From contig NC_088857.1 of the NCBI RefSeq assembly GCF_963853765.1, positions 56,358,001 through 56,422,000 of the forward strand: a stretch of DNA of 64,000 nucleotides, given 5' to 3'. The DNA is from Magallana gigas (Eukaryota). A program made the position numbers and the translations under genes. The notes beneath the pieces are model-generated. The model saw only the letters and a program-made list of their open reading frames with translations, did no database searches and was not told where the DNA came from. Within the stretch, counting starts at the first letter, position 1. Every line of letters begins with the position of its first letter. Positions 39,154-53,100 of the stretch are shown in pieces.

Positions 39154-42100
39154 TAATACTTTCTGCATTGATCTGCTACAATATCTTTGCTGAGAGCTCT
39201 AGAACATAATAGATACCCAAAAACCATTTCTATAATAATGAAAGGATTCAAGTTTTTAATTCTTAAAGGTTTATTTTGATATGAATTTTTAAAAAAAGAT
39301 TTTTGATCAACTAAAACCTAAATATTTTTTCCTATTTTCTTCAGGAGTTGTCAAGCCACACAAGATAATGGCCAGTGATACCGTCCCACAGATGTTAGAC
39401 TGTATCAAAGTAAGTGTGCAATCTGAAGAGCCAAGAATGCCGTTTCCAGGTGGAGGCGGCGAATTTCTTAGTTTTTGTAATGGCGCCATTTTCTGACATT
39501 TTTCTGGCATGTAAAATAATAAAACCATTTTTAAAAAAAGCAGGGAAAACGTCAGATATTTTCGAATAATGTACAAGGATCACTAGCAAAGTAAACTACA
39601 CGTGTCATTGATCACTTATTTGTACATTGCTTTTGGATCTGTCATTAACATTTACTAGAATTACTGAATAAAGATTTGAATTTATTTGACTCAAAGACCA
39701 TTATCAAAATGAGAATTTCAGGTTGATGCAAGATCAAAATAATTTTGACAGTAAATAAACTTGTCATCATGTGATGTTTTTTGTAGGAACAAGGTGTCAG
39801 AATCTCCAGAAGTAACCTTGAGATCGTTGAAAACAGTGACCTAATTATCATAGCCGTCAAACCTCACGTGGTGTCCCCGATTCTACAAGAGGTGTCTAGT
39901 AAAGTGACGCGCGAGAAGCTTTTTCTGTCCATAGCAGCAGGAGTCACGCTGGAAACACTGGAAAAAGTAAGCTGTCTCCCTGGCTGCTGATATCTGGAGT
40001 CACAGTCTGTTAGTCACAATTCGTTAGTGGTCACTATTCATTAGTGGTCACAATTTGTCAGTGGTTTATTGTCTTTAAATATTTATTTAATATGACATAC
40101 AGCTGTAAGCAGGATTACTTGCTGTATGTTAATGTTTGAAACTTTGAATCATTAAAATTGGTGAGGACCAATTTTCATGGGATTGCTTAAATTTTACAGG
40201 TTTGTGGGGATCTAATTTTGTGTGTCATCTTATATCTGAAAAGGAAATATGACTTTATATCCCTGATTTATTAATTCATGGAGAATGTTACTCGTGGTTG
40301 AGAGGAACCCATGATTTCCTCGAAAATTGAGCCCCACAAAATCTAATGATTCCACGGTATTTCATTATACAGAATCTTTCGTCATACACATGTGACCCAT
40401 GCTACACCTACATGTAACGTTTCTACTTGTATTCTAACCTTGTTGTTTTTTATTCAGAATCTTCCGTCACAAACACGAGTGATCCGTGCCATGCCTAACA
40501 CCCCCGCCCTGGTACAGACGGGGGCCACGGTTATCGCCCCGGGGTCTTCAGTGCTTCAGGGAGACAGGGAGCTCATCCAGGGGCTGTTCCGGACCATTGG
40601 TATCTGTGAGGTGGGGACAGAAGAACAGCTGGACGCGGTCACGGGGCTGAGTGGGAGCGGCCCCGCCTATGTGAGTGACCAGTCACACTAAATATAGCAG
40701 TCATTGGGTGAAACTTTAGTGAACTTTATCAATTGAAAGTAGAAATTAATAGCTAAGTAGATTAGTAAGTCATATCTAGTAACCAATTATATTAACTATA
40801 ATTTGAGACAGTAGGGCTAGTACCGGTAAGGTGGCGGTATCCATTGAGTATAACTTTAGTTTAATATGTCATGTAAAAGAGGATAAAAAAGTTCAATGCC
40901 TCTGACTATTGGCTAAAGCTAGGGGTCATGGAGGGAACTTAATAAGAACAGTATACATTAAATGTTTATCATTCAAAAGTAAAGGTAGTGCTAAAAAGCT
41001 TAGTGACCCTAGCTAAAGGCATTGGATGAAACTACATGTATCTTATGTGAATGTAGGACTTTTGGTAATATGCATGGTTATATAACATAAAAATGTTTAA
41101 ATAGGTTAAAATTGTACAAATTTTCTCATCAGTAACAATAATTACAGTTTGATATGTTGCAGAAAATTGTCCTACTCCTACATTCATTTTTTGAAATCCG
41201 GTTCCCTGAACAAGGCTAACATCAAATCAGATCTTCTATGTAAATAAAAATTCTTGTTTACAGTTGGTTACATGAATTTGCTATGATAACAATGTCTAAA
41301 CAGTTTCCTCTTATTTGTGTAGAATTATTGTGGTACTTTGTTACTTAATCTTTACCTTTGAAGTGACCAGACACACTGTAAATATAAAGTTCTCTGAACA
41401 AATATTTGCATACTACATGCTCTAGCAGCTGGTAAATATGTGAGACTCTAAACAAGTCATTTATTTACCATAAAGAGGTCTCAACAGGCAACAAGATACT
41501 AAGGTCATAGAAATGATTGTACACAAATGCATGTATATAAGTGAGAAAGATTTCCATATTTGAAAACAAAAACATAAAAAGAGGAAAACAGAGATGATAA
41601 TGAAGATTCCTTATATTACAAAGGTACTTCATTTCATGAATCAACGGTTTTGCATCAAATTGTGAGGATGAGGATATGAAATTATGAATGCTAAATTTTT
41701 TTTATCATAGTTACATTTAGTTGCATTTGTCAAAATAAAATGGAAGTTTAAAATCTCAAGATGTGTATTTGCGATTTTACATAGATATTAATTTCTTGCT
41801 TTGAATTAGGAAATCTACAGTATATTTCTATATGCCACTGTTGATCATTACATATCCTGTACTAATCATACTCATTGTTTGTTTAGGGTTTCCTGGCGAT
41901 TGAATCTCTGGCTGATGGGGGTGTTAAGATGGGACTACCTCGTGACCTCGCCCAAAAGCTGGCCGCTCAGACATTACTGGTGAGTGCTCACTTCGGGAAT
42001 CGTTTACAAAACTAGGATGTCCTACAAGACGAAGTAGAAATATCCCCAAAATATTTATAAAAACAGAAAAGATTATGAAGGAAGAAATGTAGTAGTATTT

Positions 42101-42693
42101 TACCCATAATATCTACAAAATACCAGGAAACAGTGATGTCTAATGAGAGGTAATCCTTACTACTTTACCCAGTCTACAACCATCACATTCAGATATCAGA
42201 AAACGATGATGTCGAAGAAACTTTTGAGAGTTACCCAATTAATTAATAACTTTGTGACAATGGATATAATAACTTAGTTGATGTTTTACAAAGCAACATA
42301 CATGTACATGCTTCTAAAACATTTGAAAATTTAATAGTATACAGTGACAAAGATATTTTAACTTAAAAATGTTTCATTGAGAGAAATCATTTACCGGTAT
42401 TAAATCCTCATCATTTGTTTGTACAGGGGGCTGCAAAAATGGTGCTTGAATCAGGGAAACACCCGGGACAACTCAAGGACGAAGTGTGTTCACCAGGGGG
42501 CACCACTATAGCTGCCATACACAAATTGGAAGAGACCGGCTTCCGATCGTCGTTAATTACAGCAGTAGAGACCGCCACAAACCGAGCGAAGGAACTCGGA
42601 GTTATAGAGAGCCAGAAACAGCAGACCGTGTTACTACGGGAACAGCCAAATGTAGAAAGCAGCAGTAGTCAGCCCCTGAGGGTCACACAGTGA
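38221..42693 (+). CDS. PYCR: Pyrroline-5-carboxylate reductase, copy 2 (294 aa; 308 aa if the in-frame ATG at 38179 is used)
   Basis: Exons 38221-38287, 39345-39409, 39787-39966, 40458-40670, 41887-41979, 42427-42693. First five exon sizes (67/65/180/213/93) equal those of copy 1; same catalytic motifs; AATAAA near 42921. Confidence 0.96.
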
Positions 42694-43325
42694 GGGGAGG
42701 GGATTTCAAAGACCATCCCCAGCATTCCTGCCCTCTCCAAGCTCTGTACTGGTATATATCTGATTGAGAGCTTGGTGCGACTACGCCAAAATATAATTTG
42801 TGGGGTTATTTTTGTTCATTTTTGTTTTGAATAATTATTTATGTCACAAGAATTTTCAGAAGATTATTTGAATTATCAAAATTTTTATCATCACTCATAC
42901 ATATATTATTTTTCATCATCAATAAATTGCATTCATACTTTAAAAAGAAGGATTGCTAACACCAGATACTCTGTCACATAATCCAGGCAATGAATTGCAT
43001 ATGAAAATAGAACAGTTATAACGTTATTTGATTTTGGAAGTGTACAAATATGTGTTTAACGTAGTTACAGAAACTACACTCAGGGTACGACTTTATGATT
43101 TTAAATGTAATGAACATTTAAGAATTTGTTCCTTGTTTAAATGTTGGTCTTGTGTTCAGAGGTCTGTTGCTGATTTATGGTTGTAACTTTTGATTTGAAC
43201 ATATTTTATTGTATATATATATATATACATATATATGATACATTTACATATCCAAATGGTTAGGACAAAAGTTCTGACAACTTATGAGGTCTTTACCATT
43301 GTAACTTTTGTCAGACTTTCATGTA

Positions 43326-43542
43326 CTGTGGAATCATTAGAATTCGTGGTGGCTCAATTTTCGTGGTATTCGTGGATATCCATCTCCCACAAATTTAAAT
43401 CCTCCACGAAAACATATTTTGAAAGTTTTTTTTTTTTACTGAAACTGAAAACCGACGCTTCCACGAAATTACATCCCCATGATCCAGCAAAAAACCCACA
43501 ATCCACGAAAATTGGCGCCCACTAATTTAAATGATTCCACAG
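43326..43542. mobile_element. TA-flanked MITE (Tc1/mariner-like); degraded relative at about 40140-40357
   Basis: TA|CTGTGGAATCATT ... AATGATTCCACAG|TA; 13-bp TIR, TA TSD. Confidence 0.8.
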
Positions 43543-44449
43543 TATGCTGAATCCGTAGGTGGATTCTAAGTCTGTTCTGTTTTTGTTTGCATTTACAAAA
43601 ATAATTGGCAACATGTATACCAGGTCTATTTTTTACGTCTGGTACATGATGTCAGACAAGTGTGTGCTACACTCTAAAATTTAAACACAATAGCTGTGAA
43701 TGTAATAATTAGTGAATGTAATAATTAGTGCTAGCATACATTTGATGATTGTTAAGTGCGAATCAGCATAATGTTAATTATTACATGTATTTGTTTTCAA
43801 GTCCCAAGGCATTAAATGAATGTGTGAATCTCTATTGAAAGCAATGAAATGGCACTGACAACCTCTGTTGTATGTGAACAAATATTATCAGGCATGTATT
43901 TGTATTAATTAAGTTTTATATAATATATTAAATGTACTGTCCAGAAAAAGAAAGAGTTTAATTTCAATACAAGTTTTAAGTAGATATTTGTAAACAGATG
44001 TGAATACATTGTATTATATGTCATTGATTGCAACTTGTTGCAATGCAGGTCATCTCTGTATGAACTTTATCCTGGGCAGAGTTTGCCACCACAAACTACC
44101 AAGACAAAGTCAAAGGAACTTATATCTCAGTCTAATAACCAAAAAATTAATAAAGTTTTTGAAATTGAAATGCACATGTTTTTATTATGAGAGGTCTTGT
44201 GTGTACATAAACACCTATTTAACAAAAAACAAAAAAAAACAACCCAAGATTGAGTGGTAACAGTTTAAAATCGATGCTGCTATACATAATTTGGTTGGAT
44301 ATTGGATAAAATTTTGTGGTCAGTACCAACAAAGGTTTTAATGTAAGATTTAATTATCATTTATGAGGGATAACAACAGCTGTATTTTTGTATGAGGGGG
44401 TAACACAGAATGGCACTTTATAATCCATAGCGGTGTCCTTTGTTTACAG

Positions 44450-44585
44450 ATAGTGTGGAAGAATCATTGATAGCATGATTGAATTTGTCATGGCTACCAC
44501 AATGAATTAAAAAAAAATAGTGTGGTGTGGAAGAATCATTGATAGCATGATTGAATTTGTCATGGCTACCACAATAAATTAAAAG
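44450..44585. repeat. Local direct duplication of about 65-70 bp
   Basis: GTGTGGAAGAATCATTGATAGCATGATTGAATTTGTCATGGCTACCACAAT occurs twice in tandem. Confidence 0.9.
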
Positions 44586-45060
44586 AATATATATATAATT
44601 TTGATTTTGAGTTTGCCAATTAGGTATCGTATCGACATTTTCAAAAAGTTGGTGACTTGCAGAAAATTAACCTTAAACCACCACTTTGCTCAGATGGTGT
44701 AACACTTGCCTTGTATGAGGAGGCATAGGTAATAAAAACTAGATTATATTTGTCAATGTGTGGCTCTCAACATTAGAAACAATCCTCCTTGGGAAAAGAC
44801 TTACAACCAAGATTCCATATCAAAGATGGGTCTGTCATAATGAGGAATTCCTGCTGTTCAGTGAAATTAAGACTTGAGCCAAAATCGAGATTTATATCCC
44901 TTCAAAACCACTTGTCACATTTGAAGGCAAGTGGATTAAAATCTCATTTAGAATTACATGGTCACAATATCTTGAACTCACACGTTTGAAATTTTTACAA
45001 CCGACGAAGAGAAAATTTATCAAACTGAAAAAAACCCCCACTACAAACAGTTCAATTTAT

Positions 45061-48000
45061 TCAAGATTTAAATAAATTCCTGAATTGTCCTAATAAACTA
45101 GTGTCTGCGTGTAGCTGCGCTTCCTGTAGCTTCTGTTGTCTTTGTTCCTCTTTCATTTTCTTCCTCTCAGCCAGTTTCTCTTTCATTGCTTCGTTCTTCT
45201 CATGGTAAGTATCATATCTCCCTGTCAATCTGTAGTGCTTTCTCCTTTGAAGATAGATTTCCTTACATTCCTCTTGAAATTTTGGATCACTGTTCCTACA
45301 ATAATATTGCAATGGAATTTGTTAGGGAGAAAACATTTCTAGTGCACAAACATACAAAATTAAACTGATCACAATATTTTTGTATATCTTGCAAAGCCAT
45401 TTTTCCTACTATCTATTTAAACTTCCTGAATAGAGGACAAAAATAGGGGCATCTGATAGGTAATTTGTTAATTAACAATGTATAAGTTGCAATTACCAGT
45501 ATAATATACAGAATTGTCTGATTTAATTAATTCATGTTCCATTTCCCATGTCATTTTTTTGTACTTTACATGTACAACCAAACCCTAATCATTATAAAAT
45601 GATAGCTAGTTTTAGTGATGGTGTAAATTTTAAATGAAATTTGGAAGAATGGGCAACTTTAGACTGTTTAGACTGATATAAATAGGTAAATGTTTTGAGA
45701 ATGTGACTGGCTCCTTTTCCGTGCATTATCATCCAACATAAAAATCTTTATGTTACGAGAACTTACAAGTCTGTTACGAGTACTTACAAGTCAGTCAGAC
45801 ATTTGTTGTATATCCTGCTCTCCGTCTTACATCTCCATGGAAACAATACATAATGTTCATCAGAACATACCATAAAATCTGTGAAAGAAAAAAATTGTGT
45901 CAGAATTCAATATTTTAAATGTATTGAAATGACCATCTTTCATTTTAAGTTTTCGTGGTTATTAAATGAAGGTATACATCTTTAGTTTCTTTAGTAATAC
46001 AATGTAGTTTATATGACACTTTTTATACCCCCGCAAACGAAGTTTAGGGGGGTATATTGGTTTCACCCTGTCCGTCTGTCTGTCCGTCCGTCTGTCTGTA
46101 GACGCAACTTTGTCCCCCCTATAGAATTTTTTATTACTGCATGGAACAGTTTGAAAATTTATACATATGTTGAACACCATCTGAAGATGTGCACCTGCAA
46201 TTTTTTTTTTTTTAAGATCAGACAAGATTTAATGATTTTATGACAGTTTTCATTTTCCTTATTCTATATATTGTACACTGATGTTGAAAAGTAAGGGAGG
46301 TAATCCTTACAGATTTTATTAATTAATTAATAGTATTAAAACACTGTAAAATATTTTTATATAAATACATCCAGATGGAGATTTTTGGTCTTTATGTCTT
46401 AATTAATAAAAAAAATTATTTTTTATAAGTATTCTTTCAACTGACAATGCAAAGTTTTTGTTTGTCAATGATAAATTCTTAGGAGCTAATAAGAACATCA
46501 AAGACAAGTGTGGCTGAATTCATTTGTCCCAAGGGAGCCATTATCTGAGCCATGGTTCAAATGGCGCATGTGTTTAGGGAAAATTGATAATCTGTATAAT
46601 GGGTGATGGTTTTGGGGCTATTTTAAAACTGTTTCATGTAAACTAAAAGTTTCTATCATTATAAGGAAATAAATAATATCATTATTAATAAAGAAGTTAA
46701 ACTATTTTTAGAAGTTGTTTAAATTTATTAGTCAACTAAATTGATGAAGTGACCCAATTGGGTATTAATTTAAATGAAATTCAAAATCACTGATATGATT
46801 GTAGTGTTTTGGCAATTTTAAAATTGTTTGTAATATTAAATTTTCTTTTTTTCATTTTTTTACATAGTATGGTAATTATGGTAATGTTTTGGGAGTTTAA
46901 TAAATTTAACAAGCTCATCAAAGAAAATCATAGTCCTATGGGATCAATTTTCTGATATGGAGTTCCATTGTGCCATAGGAGAAAGTAAGGAAAATTTGAA
47001 ACAACTAATTGCATCTGTCAAGACTCCTAATAGAAAGATATTGAAAAGTTTTATCAACAGAAGAGCATTGCTTGGCTACCAGTATTTCCATTTACTGCAA
47101 AGGGAGGGGTTATTGTCATTTTGTTGGTTTTTCTTTAAATCGATTAAATAAAAAAAAATATCATCAGATACATACATTTGTTAATGTATTACTTTTAAAA
47201 ATATGTATTTACAGTGAAATTCTGACAATTTTGATTTTAATTTTTCTTTCTTAACAATTTTTTTTTTTACAATTCTAGAATTAACTTTTTTTGTATGTGT
47301 TCCAAACCTTTATTATTCAATTCAATTATTTGTCCCATTTGAAATTACCCTTGCGGGGGTATTAGTCCCATTAGGACAGTTCTAGTTTACATTTGCATGC
47401 AAGTGTAACAGATTGGGGAATGATCACAAATAGACTCAGATCCAATACACTTACGTATAAACCATCTCAGTTAAAGGGTTAACCCACTAACTAGCGCTAG
47501 AAGGAATATGGCAGAGTTAGTACATGAGTACACACTATCACACAAGAAATATTTCTTGTTTTGTAGTAAAAGAAGCAATATTTCTATTCCAGCAAACCCA
47601 ACTTTGACAAATGACAATTGTTTCGAATGTACAGAAATACATTTAAACTTACTGTCAAACTGTATACAAATTTTTCCACAATAAAGGCATACTTTATACA
47701 AATTATACTGTTGTAACAGAATGGAAAAAATAATGACCAGAGTAAACCCAGCTCCCCTTAATCTCTAGTCAGATGCTCTACTATAACTGAGCTATGAGTA
47801 TCTGGTACTGGCGATTCATCCAGTCTATCCCTCATCATCGTCATATTCCTCCCCTGTTTTAAATGATTTTCCACATTGTAAATACCATGCCAGGTTCTTT
47901 CCCCTGGCAGGAGTTAAATTTTCAGTTTCAGGGGTTGGTCACAACACCAAATTTAAGTGATGGAAGAAATATGAGGGATCAGACCTGGATTCGAACCCAG

Positions 48001-48845
48001 ACCCCCCTGAATCTGCAATCAGGTTCTTCACCAGCTATAACTACATGTAATACTATCTGGTGCCAACAATCAAACCACTCTGACTGTCACCAATGATCAC
48101 ACCAGTAGATGAACAAGTATATGATTTGACATTACATTTATATCAAGTTACCATGGATTACAACTCGTTATATTTGACATTTTATCTTTTTTACCTAACA
48201 GCTCTTTCTCACAGATGATGCGACCTCGCTCCCTCATGACATTTCCAACCAGCGTGTCTTCCTCCACAATTCGTAGAGTCCTGTCTTCAGGGTCACCTGA
48301 AACAATCAATGGTAGGTATTACTGCGAATCTCTTACCATGTGGATGCACATCGACATTTAACTTTGTTATGAAAACCTATTTATTGAATTTCAACTTGTT
48401 TCACTCTGGCTACATAATTTGTCAATAATACCTAGTCCATTAATTTTTGCATTTTGTAATGCAAACCTATTTATTGCATTTCAACTTGTTTCACTTTGGC
48501 TATATATTTTTTCAGTAATACCTAGTCCTTGAGGACCCCCTGCCATATGATGTGGTAGAAGTAATACCTAGTCCTTGAGGACCCCCTGCCATATGATGTA
48601 ATACCTAGTCCTTGAGGACCCCCTGCCATATGATGTGGTAGAAGTAATACCTAGTCCTTGAGGACCCCCTGCCATATGATGTAATACCTAGTCCTTGAGG
48701 ACCCCCTGCCATATGATGTGGTAGAAGTAATACCTAGTCCTTGAGGACCCCCTGCCATGTGATGTGGTAGAACTGTTTTAACCCTGCGCACATTCTCTTC
48801 TGTTTTCTCTGTGTTGTTATTCTTCTCCGATTCCGACGTGCTCAT
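45061..48845 (-). CDS. CMC1: COX assembly mitochondrial protein homolog, twin CX9C (179 aa)
   Basis: Exons 48845-48734, 48296-48195, 45878-45788, 45295-45061 (540 nt). ...GGPQGLG|DPEDRTLRIVEEDTLVGNVMRERGRIICEKELL|DFMVCSDEHYVLFPWRCKTESRIYNKCLTD|LNSDPKFQEECKEIYLQRRKHYRLTG... Two CX9C motifs; aligns by eye with CMC1. Confidence 0.9.
46021..47387 (+). mobile_element. Helentron-associated non-autonomous element (HINE/DINE-1/pearl type) in CMC1 intron 2
   Basis: 5' ATACCCCCGCAA subTIR, GTCY microsatellite (46068-46100), 3' TTGCGGGGGTAT subTIR followed by the GTCC-CATTA-GGAC stem-loop, T-rich insertion site. Confidence 0.85.
48515..48770 (-). repeat. Alternating 46/37-bp tandem repeat made of the CMC1 exon-1 3' end plus 5' splice site, six copies
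   Basis: GTAATACCTAGTCCTTGAGGACCCCCTGCCATATGATG starts at 48515, 48561, 48598, 48644, 48681 and 48727. Confidence 0.95.
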
Positions 48846-50109
48846 GTTGACACTCTACTTTCACTTTCAAGGTTATAGTTACCCCCTATATCATTATGCA
48901 TTATCGAGTCTTTTGGAGTATAAAGAATATTGAAAGGATATTTTTTCTTTATTAAATTTGTCTTTATATACATTGTTTAAAAACTTTAAGGAGAATTTCA
49001 TATAAAACAACGATATATGTTTTTGTTTGTTTATTATTTTTAATGCTGTATCTTGCATAAGTCGCGATTAAGAAAAATACGTGTACGCGTGTGGACTACC
49101 TTACAGTCTTTCCAAATAATAAGAAAATAAAATCAAAACTGAGAAAATAAACCAACTAAGGAAAAGTGATTTACAAAATTCCATGTGAGAACTATTTAGA
49201 GAGTGTCCCCTCGTGGGCCCCACTTTCCCCAAAACGTAAACAAAGAGCCGGTGCCCAAGTCAGTGTAAAGTAGAACAGGGCCCAAAGGTCAGTAGAGTCT
49301 ATATTATTAACAAGATATAAAAAATATCATATAACGATATCATTTCAGTTTTTATAACCCTTATAATTTGAACTTGCACACATATCATTAATTAGATCCA
49401 CCTGAAGATTAATGGCATCTAACCTCGCCTTCTCACATTCCAATAGCCTGATGGCTACCAGTGTAGACTTATATTTGAAATGTACCGCATTGAACTAAAT
49501 TGATTTGATATGACAGTGGTGATTGGTCTGCCTCCAAAAGTTGCACGCACCGTTGTATGTGTGTGTGTGTGTGGGGGGGGGAGGGGGGGGGGGAGTATTA
49601 TGTTAAATTCATACGATTACAGGTGTTGCATCAAAGTACACATAAATGTCTTTACAGGACCCCAGGGGCTATAACAACATGACGGAAACTTCTTTAGAAT
49701 AAGGGCGAATGGTTGAGCATTTAAAACTCTCTATAGCTAAGTGTTCTGTATTGCAGTTAATTTTAGTTTCATTAATATAATCAATGATTTTGGGAAAAAA
49801 ACGTTAACACATAAATGCAATTTAAGCAGATGTTTAATCTTTTATTAGCTAAAAAAATAATAATTATACATGTATTAAAAAACAATCAAAAATCAATTCC
49901 AGGGGCGTAGCTTGAGATAATATTCTAGTGAGGCAAATTTATTGCGGCAGTGGGTCTGGGGGCCGCCTGAGGCCCCCAGCGGGTCCAGGGCAGAGCCCTA
50001 GTGGGAGGTTCAGGGGGCGAAGCCCCCCTACGAAAAATGAATTTGGGAGTTTTAGAATGTGAAAAAACCCATTGTCCGGAACGAAGTTTTGTTATTTAAC
50101 ATTTCAGAC

Positions 50110-53100
50110 CAGCATCTACTCACAGTATTGTACATGTATGAACTCTTGTACATAGCAGGGATTTACCTTCCCCCCAGAAAATATTGAAGCATATAAAGAT
50201 CAATTGTCGATATTACAAGATTTTTATAATTATTATTCACGATATGGTCACATTGTAGTAGCTGGTGACTTTAATGCAAGTTGTTTGGAGTTAGACATCG
50301 GAAGATGCAATTTGTACAAATCAAGGGGGCTTAAAAATTTTATAAAAGAAAACCATCTTAATCATATGTTAAGGAATGATAAAGCGCCCAAATGTAATAA
50401 CACATTTACGAGTACAGAAACGATGTTAGATTATGTATTCTCAGATGCGCATATGTACATGTCACTCAGTTCTTATGAAATCCTTGCCGAAGGGACGTTC
50501 TCAAGCAAGTCTGACCACCTTCCCGTTTTGGCTGTGTACAATATACTTTTAGCAATCAACATCATCTCATTGAATTTACTAACAAAACTCCAGCATGGCA
50601 CAAAATATCAAATGAATCCAAGCAAATTTATGAAAGAGAGGTCACTCACCAGTTAGATGATATAATAGGGAATAATGTACTAGAGACCCACCCCGAAATT
50701 AACGAATTTTGTATGGCATTCGTTAAATGTAAAACAGCAAGTGCGAATACTGTCGTTCCCAGGTCTAAATTTAACCCCCACTGTAAGCCTTACTGGACAG
50801 GGGAGGTCAAAGAAGCTCATGCCCAAGAACGGAGAATGAGAGGCATTTGGGAGGGAAGGGAGACCCAGCAGGATGCATCACGCATAAGCGCGCGAAAAGG
50901 CGTTTTCGTAAATGCCAGTCACTAGCATTGGAGCAGTATATCAAGAAAACCTATACTGACATAGATAACGCAGCCGGCTGCGACACGCGATTGTTTTGGA
51001 AACTGATAAGCAAACAACGACCCCGCAAAAGCAGGGTGTATCCGGAAATTCAGTACGGCGGTATAACTGCAAATATCTCTCAAAGTGTGTCTGATTTATT
51101 TGGAACGTACTTTGAAAATGTATATACCCCTCAAAATAATAGTATTTATGACGAAGAAAATTTTCTGAGCATAAATAAATTATATGACGACGTTAAATCT
51201 TATAACGAATGCGACAAACGTCTCAAGTACGAAGTTTCCGAATCGGAAGTAGACCAAGTCGTTAACTAAAGCGCCGGGAATTGATGGTATTCAAGAATTT
51301 AAGAACATTTAAAATATGGGGGCAATAAAGTCATCTTTTACTTATGCAAATTGTTCAATGAGATTATCAAATGCGGGGCGATACCCAGTGAGTGGAAAAA
51401 ATGTATTGTTGTCCCAATATATAAAGGAGAAAATAAAACAAAAAACTCTCCCGATAGCTACCGACCAGTATCATTATTGTCGTGTCTGTTAAGGTTTTTG
51501 AAAAAATACTGCACAATAGAATTTCGGACGTAATAACTAGCAAAATTAGGTTCCCAAACCCCCAGCAGCAAGGGTTTCAGAAGGATTTGAGTTGCATTAC
51601 CGCAGGTTTTAATTTACAAGAGACTATATGTCATTACAATGACCACGGTAGTTCTGTATATGTGGCATTTTTAGATTGTAAAAAAGCTTATGACACAGTT
51701 TGGAGAAAAGCGCCCATGTTTAGACTTTACAAATTGTGATTGAGGGGTAAGATATGGAAAATAATAGACGATTGTCATATCAATAATGAAAGCACAGTAG
51801 CTGTAAATGGCACAATTTCTGAATGGTTTAAAATTAGACAAGGTGTTCGTCAAGAAGGTGTATGAAAATGTAAGCAGTAACTTTGGTGTGTACAATGTAA
51901 AATCAACAAACCCAGCATTAGCCGACGATATTGCATGTTTAAGTTTAAGTCCGGCGGGCTTACAAAAAATGCAAAACGTTGCATATAGATATTCATGTTT
52001 ATGGCGCTTTTTCTTTAATGCACAAAAATCTAGCGTTGTTAGGTTTGGTAAAGGAAGGCCCCCAACGCAGCATGCCTGGAAATTAGGAGAGGAGGACATC
52101 TCAAATCAACGATAGCTACAAACATTTACACCACTGCGAATGTTATTGTCATTTAAATTTTAGACCACGGGGTTTTATTTGACCCTTTCAGTTTCGCAGT
52201 AAAAATCGTGCCTCGTGTTCATAGTCTATTTTATAGAATCTAGGTACTTGTTGTCAAATATAAATTCTAGACGTATATTGATTTTAAACTTAATTTTCAT
52301 TAATTGGTGGATACAATGTATTCTAGAAATAAATGTGACAATACAAAAAATAGTTTTTTTTCTACTGTTGCAAAAATTAACATGCGTAGTAGAGATCCCC
52401 GCATGGAATTAATTTTCGATCCGCGCCTGACCTAGTAATAACATCAATAGCGAAAGAGATTATACTATTTTATGCAGAATGTTCCTTGAAAATGCCTCGA
52501 TATACTAAGTTTTTATGCAAAACATTCACCGATTATTTTTTTTAAACATAGTATTGCACACCACAAGCATCAAACATGGCTATGATTTTATTTAGCAACC
52601 CACTGTTTACATTTTCAACAACTTTACACGTGGTTGAACACGAACGATACATGTAACTCTGTTCTGAATATCATCGTTAAATTTAAATAACCGCTAGACG
52701 GTGAAATAAGAAATACATCTTAAAAAGATTTTGATGTTTTAACATTAATCAAAGTAGGATATGATATAAAAATTGACCAGTACTTACGTATTTTGAGAAT
52801 ATTATCCGAACACTTATACTTCCGCTCGAAATTTCACAGGAACTAAACAAATCTCGGTGAAGTCTCATGAACTTTCATTTGAGCACCTCTGGGTTTATTA
52901 CATACTTAGCAACGATAAAGAAAACATTCCGAACACATTCGCAGGGGTGATTTAGGTATTATCCAACACTCTCAATTCATGTCTGGTGAGCGAACAACGG
53001 AAGGCTGTAACAAAGGCAGGAAAGCATACTTCGCAATACGGAACGACCTATCTCATGATACGAACCCTCTAACTCTTGTTAGACTCTACCAAAAAATAGT

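Noticed and set aside
48515-48770. CRISPR-like repeat/spacer appearance
   Set aside because: The intervening pieces are identical rather than unique spacers, there are no cas genes, and the repeat is a eukaryotic exon/intron junction
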